Source of the DNA: a virus
Lineage: Duplodnaviria; Caudoviricetes
IMG/VR virus record: IMGVR_UViG_3300025103_000069
Location: 1-36,294 of that record
Length of the DNA: 36,294 nucleotides
Strand: one strand, 5' to 3'
The notes under the pieces are model-generated. The model did no database searches. It was not told the DNA's origin and was given only the letters and a program-made list of their open reading frames with translations. Shown here piece by piece: positions 34,766 to 36,294 of the stretch. Numbering within the stretch: position 1 is the stretch's first letter; each line of letters opens with the position of its first letter. The position numbers and the translations under genes are program-made.

Positions 34766-34968
34766 TGTTTTACTAGATTGGATACGGTGTTAGCTAAGGC
34801 AAAGTTCTGACGTTGTAACGCCATGAATAAAGTAATAATATCAGTTTTGTCAGCTTCAGGTAGTAAATCTTCAAGCCTTCGTATCTTGAAGTCCTGTTCC
34901 ACTGTTAACTCTGTAATCGGAGGAGGGGGAAAAGAGTATGGGTTGTTTTGCTCTCCAGTCATAATCAT
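34693..34968 (-). CDS. nblA: NblA-like phycobilisome degradation adaptor, overlapping both neighbours
   Basis: LTVEQDFKIRRLEDLL...IITLFMALQRQNFALANTVSNLVKQW matches the NblA pattern L(S/T)xEQxF...RQ...W; start uncertain (ATG 34968 or 34962). Confidence 0.7.
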   Translation of the reverse strand: MIMTGEQNNPYSFPPPPITELTVEQDFKIRRLEDLLPEADKTDIITLFMALQRQNFALANTVSNLVKQWPTHPLITPEVRLNVGTSSETNN

Positions 34969-35638
34969 CTGTGGTAAGGATCTTTGCAAGTCTTGCGTTT
35001 TGCAGTGCAATGTCTTCACTAAGATCCTTCTCAGCAAATGCATCAACAACTGTTTTCCAAGTATAACCTTTATCTTCAAACAAAGAAACAGCTCGTTTGA
35101 TACCAATACCTGGCACTCCGCTGTAACCGTCTGTTTGGTCACCTGCAAGCGCCTGTATCAGATGCCAACGTTGTCCTTCTGACTCTTCCACATTCACGAT
35201 TTCATCCATGTTGTAGAGCCTTCCAGGTATCTGTCGCATGTCCTTATCAGGGCTGACGATTACATTACCAGGATATTTAGTAGCGTAGATACCCATACTA
35301 TCATCAGCCTCAAGAGTCGGTAGTATTACTACTTCGTACTCATCTTTAAGAGCATTGATGACACGTTTGTATCCACAAGGTTTCTTACGATTGCGGTGAC
35401 CTTTGTAAGCTGGCATAATTTCTTTGCGAAAGTTAGAACTATCACTAAAAAACAGGACAACTTCTGGTACATCCCACATGAACTTATTTTTAATTTTATT
35501 GAGTTCACGTTTAACTGATGCGTATGCTTCACTAAATTTGCTGACAACTACAATTACATCATCACCAAAGTCTAGGTCAGACTCTGCACCAGCGCAAGCT
35601 TTATAAACGATGTAATCTGCGTCAACAAATAACTTCAT
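34871..35638 (-). CDS. 5'-3' exonuclease (T7 gp6-like)
   Basis: VDADYIVY, NFRK...YKGHR, LEADD, SPDKDMRQIPG, GDQTDGYSGVPGIG. Confidence 0.95.
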   Translation of the reverse strand: MKLFVDADYIVYKACAGAESDLDFGDDVIVVVSKFSEAYASVKRELNKIKNKFMWDVPEVVLFFSDSSNFRKEIMPAYKGHRNRKKPCGYKRVINALKDEYEVVILPTLEADDSMGIYATKYPGNVIVSPDKDMRQIPGRLYNMDEIVNVEESEGQRWHLIQALAGDQTDGYSGVPGIGIKRAVSLFEDKGYTWKTVVDAFAEKDLSEDIALQNARLAKILTTDDYDWRAKQPILFSPSSDYRVNSGTGLQDTKA

Positions 35639-35763
35639 TTACCTTGGCCTCTATATTTCTTTTTACCTTTACGTGGCTTACTATGCAAGCCGTTGCCCTG
35701 ACGGGTTTTCTTTGATGTAAACGGAACTACTGTTAGCACTCCCATCATTGATTTACTTCTCAT
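35635..35763 (-). CDS. basic microprotein (42 aa, MRSKSMMGV...KKTRQGNGLHSKPRKGKKKYRGQGK)
   Basis: hand-translated; coupled to polymerase stop and exonuclease start; KTRQG...YRGQG motif recalled from marine phages. Confidence 0.75.
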   Translation of the reverse strand: MRSKSMMGVLTVVPFTSKKTRQGNGLHSKPRKGKKKYRGQGK

Positions 35764-36294
35764 CAGTGGGTTTCACTCCAGTTTTGTCCGGTTTTTGATT
35801 CTGCGTCGATTTTGATTCTGAGTTTGTAATATTCTCCAGCTGAGAGACTGCTAAATACCAAGGATGTTGATAAGTCAGCTGCCTGTTCAGGGGCACACTC
35901 GAATTGTAGTTCGTCATGTATAAAAGCTAGTTGAGAACAGCATAAGTTTAATTCTTTAATATTTTGTTGGTTGATTACCATCCAACGTTTTGCCAGGATG
36001 GCAGAGTTACCTTGCAAGCAGTAGTTTAACGCTTTATGCGGGCTATCCACCATAATTTTTCTACCATCGATAGCTTTGATATATCCTCTTTCTGAAGCTG
36101 TCTTGATAGATGCCAGGAGTTTATCGAGTCCATCAATCGCGTCAATATATGCCGCTCTGATTTCTTTACCTTTTTTCTTGGCATCTTTGGATGAAAGAAG
36201 TTTGTCATAGCTGTGTCCAATTTTTTCGTCACCTGCGCCGTACAGGAAGGCATACGTTACAGTTTTCACAAGCTTCCTAGATATTCCTATCTTG
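35763..36294 (-). CDS. family A DNA polymerase, C-terminal part (truncated by the window)
   Basis: motif B KTVTYAFLYGAG, ALNYCLQ, motif C IHDELQ. Confidence 0.95.
   Translation of the reverse strand, partial: KIGISRKLVKTVTYAFLYGAGDEKIGHSYDKLLSSKDAKKKGKEIRAAYIDAIDGLDKLLASIKTASERGYIKAIDGRKIMVDSPHKALNYCLQGNSAILAKRWMVINQQNIKELNLCCSQLAFIHDELQFECAPEQAADLSTSLVFSSLSAGEYYKLRIKIDAESKTGQNWSETH

Noticed and set aside
34969-35148. N-terminal 60 aa of the 151-aa ORF-track call
   Set aside because: Starts at TTG deep inside the exonuclease and shows no recognisable features. It cannot be excluded but is unsupported.
1-36294. CRISPR array, integrase, intron or intein, RNA polymerase
   Set aside because: No spaced repeat array seen. 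psbA, terL and RNR are uninterrupted. RNA polymerase and integrase would lie outside this window if present.

Overview
This window is most of a T7-like marine cyanopodovirus genome (Autographiviridae-type, psbA/hli-carrying, resembling P-SSP7), with every credible gene on the minus strand. Read in transcription order (right to left), it holds: the end of DNA polymerase; exonuclease; an nblA-like gene overlapping both neighbours; DUF3310; MazG-like; minimal class I RNR alpha and beta; portal; scaffold; an accessory island (hli, two basic microproteins, lysozyme-like, porin-like, psbA); major capsid with a terminator; tail tube A/B; three internal virion proteins; a tail-fibre module; membrane and secreted small genes; terS; an HNH cluster; terL; and thyX. 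A palindrome-rich non-coding block follows, probably the genome end junction, and then small early genes under three near-identical sigma70 promoters. The most notable observations are: (1) two 42-nt T-loop-like RNA elements with four compensatory base-pair changes that bracket psbA; (2) a D1 protein ending exactly at Ala344 with no cleavable extension; (3) a circularly permuted MAM-like domain; (4) two Fur-box-like operators; (5) three early promoters sharing a CTGTCCAC box, two apparently driving leaderless mRNAs. All calls come from motif recognition and synteny by eye; no searches were run.
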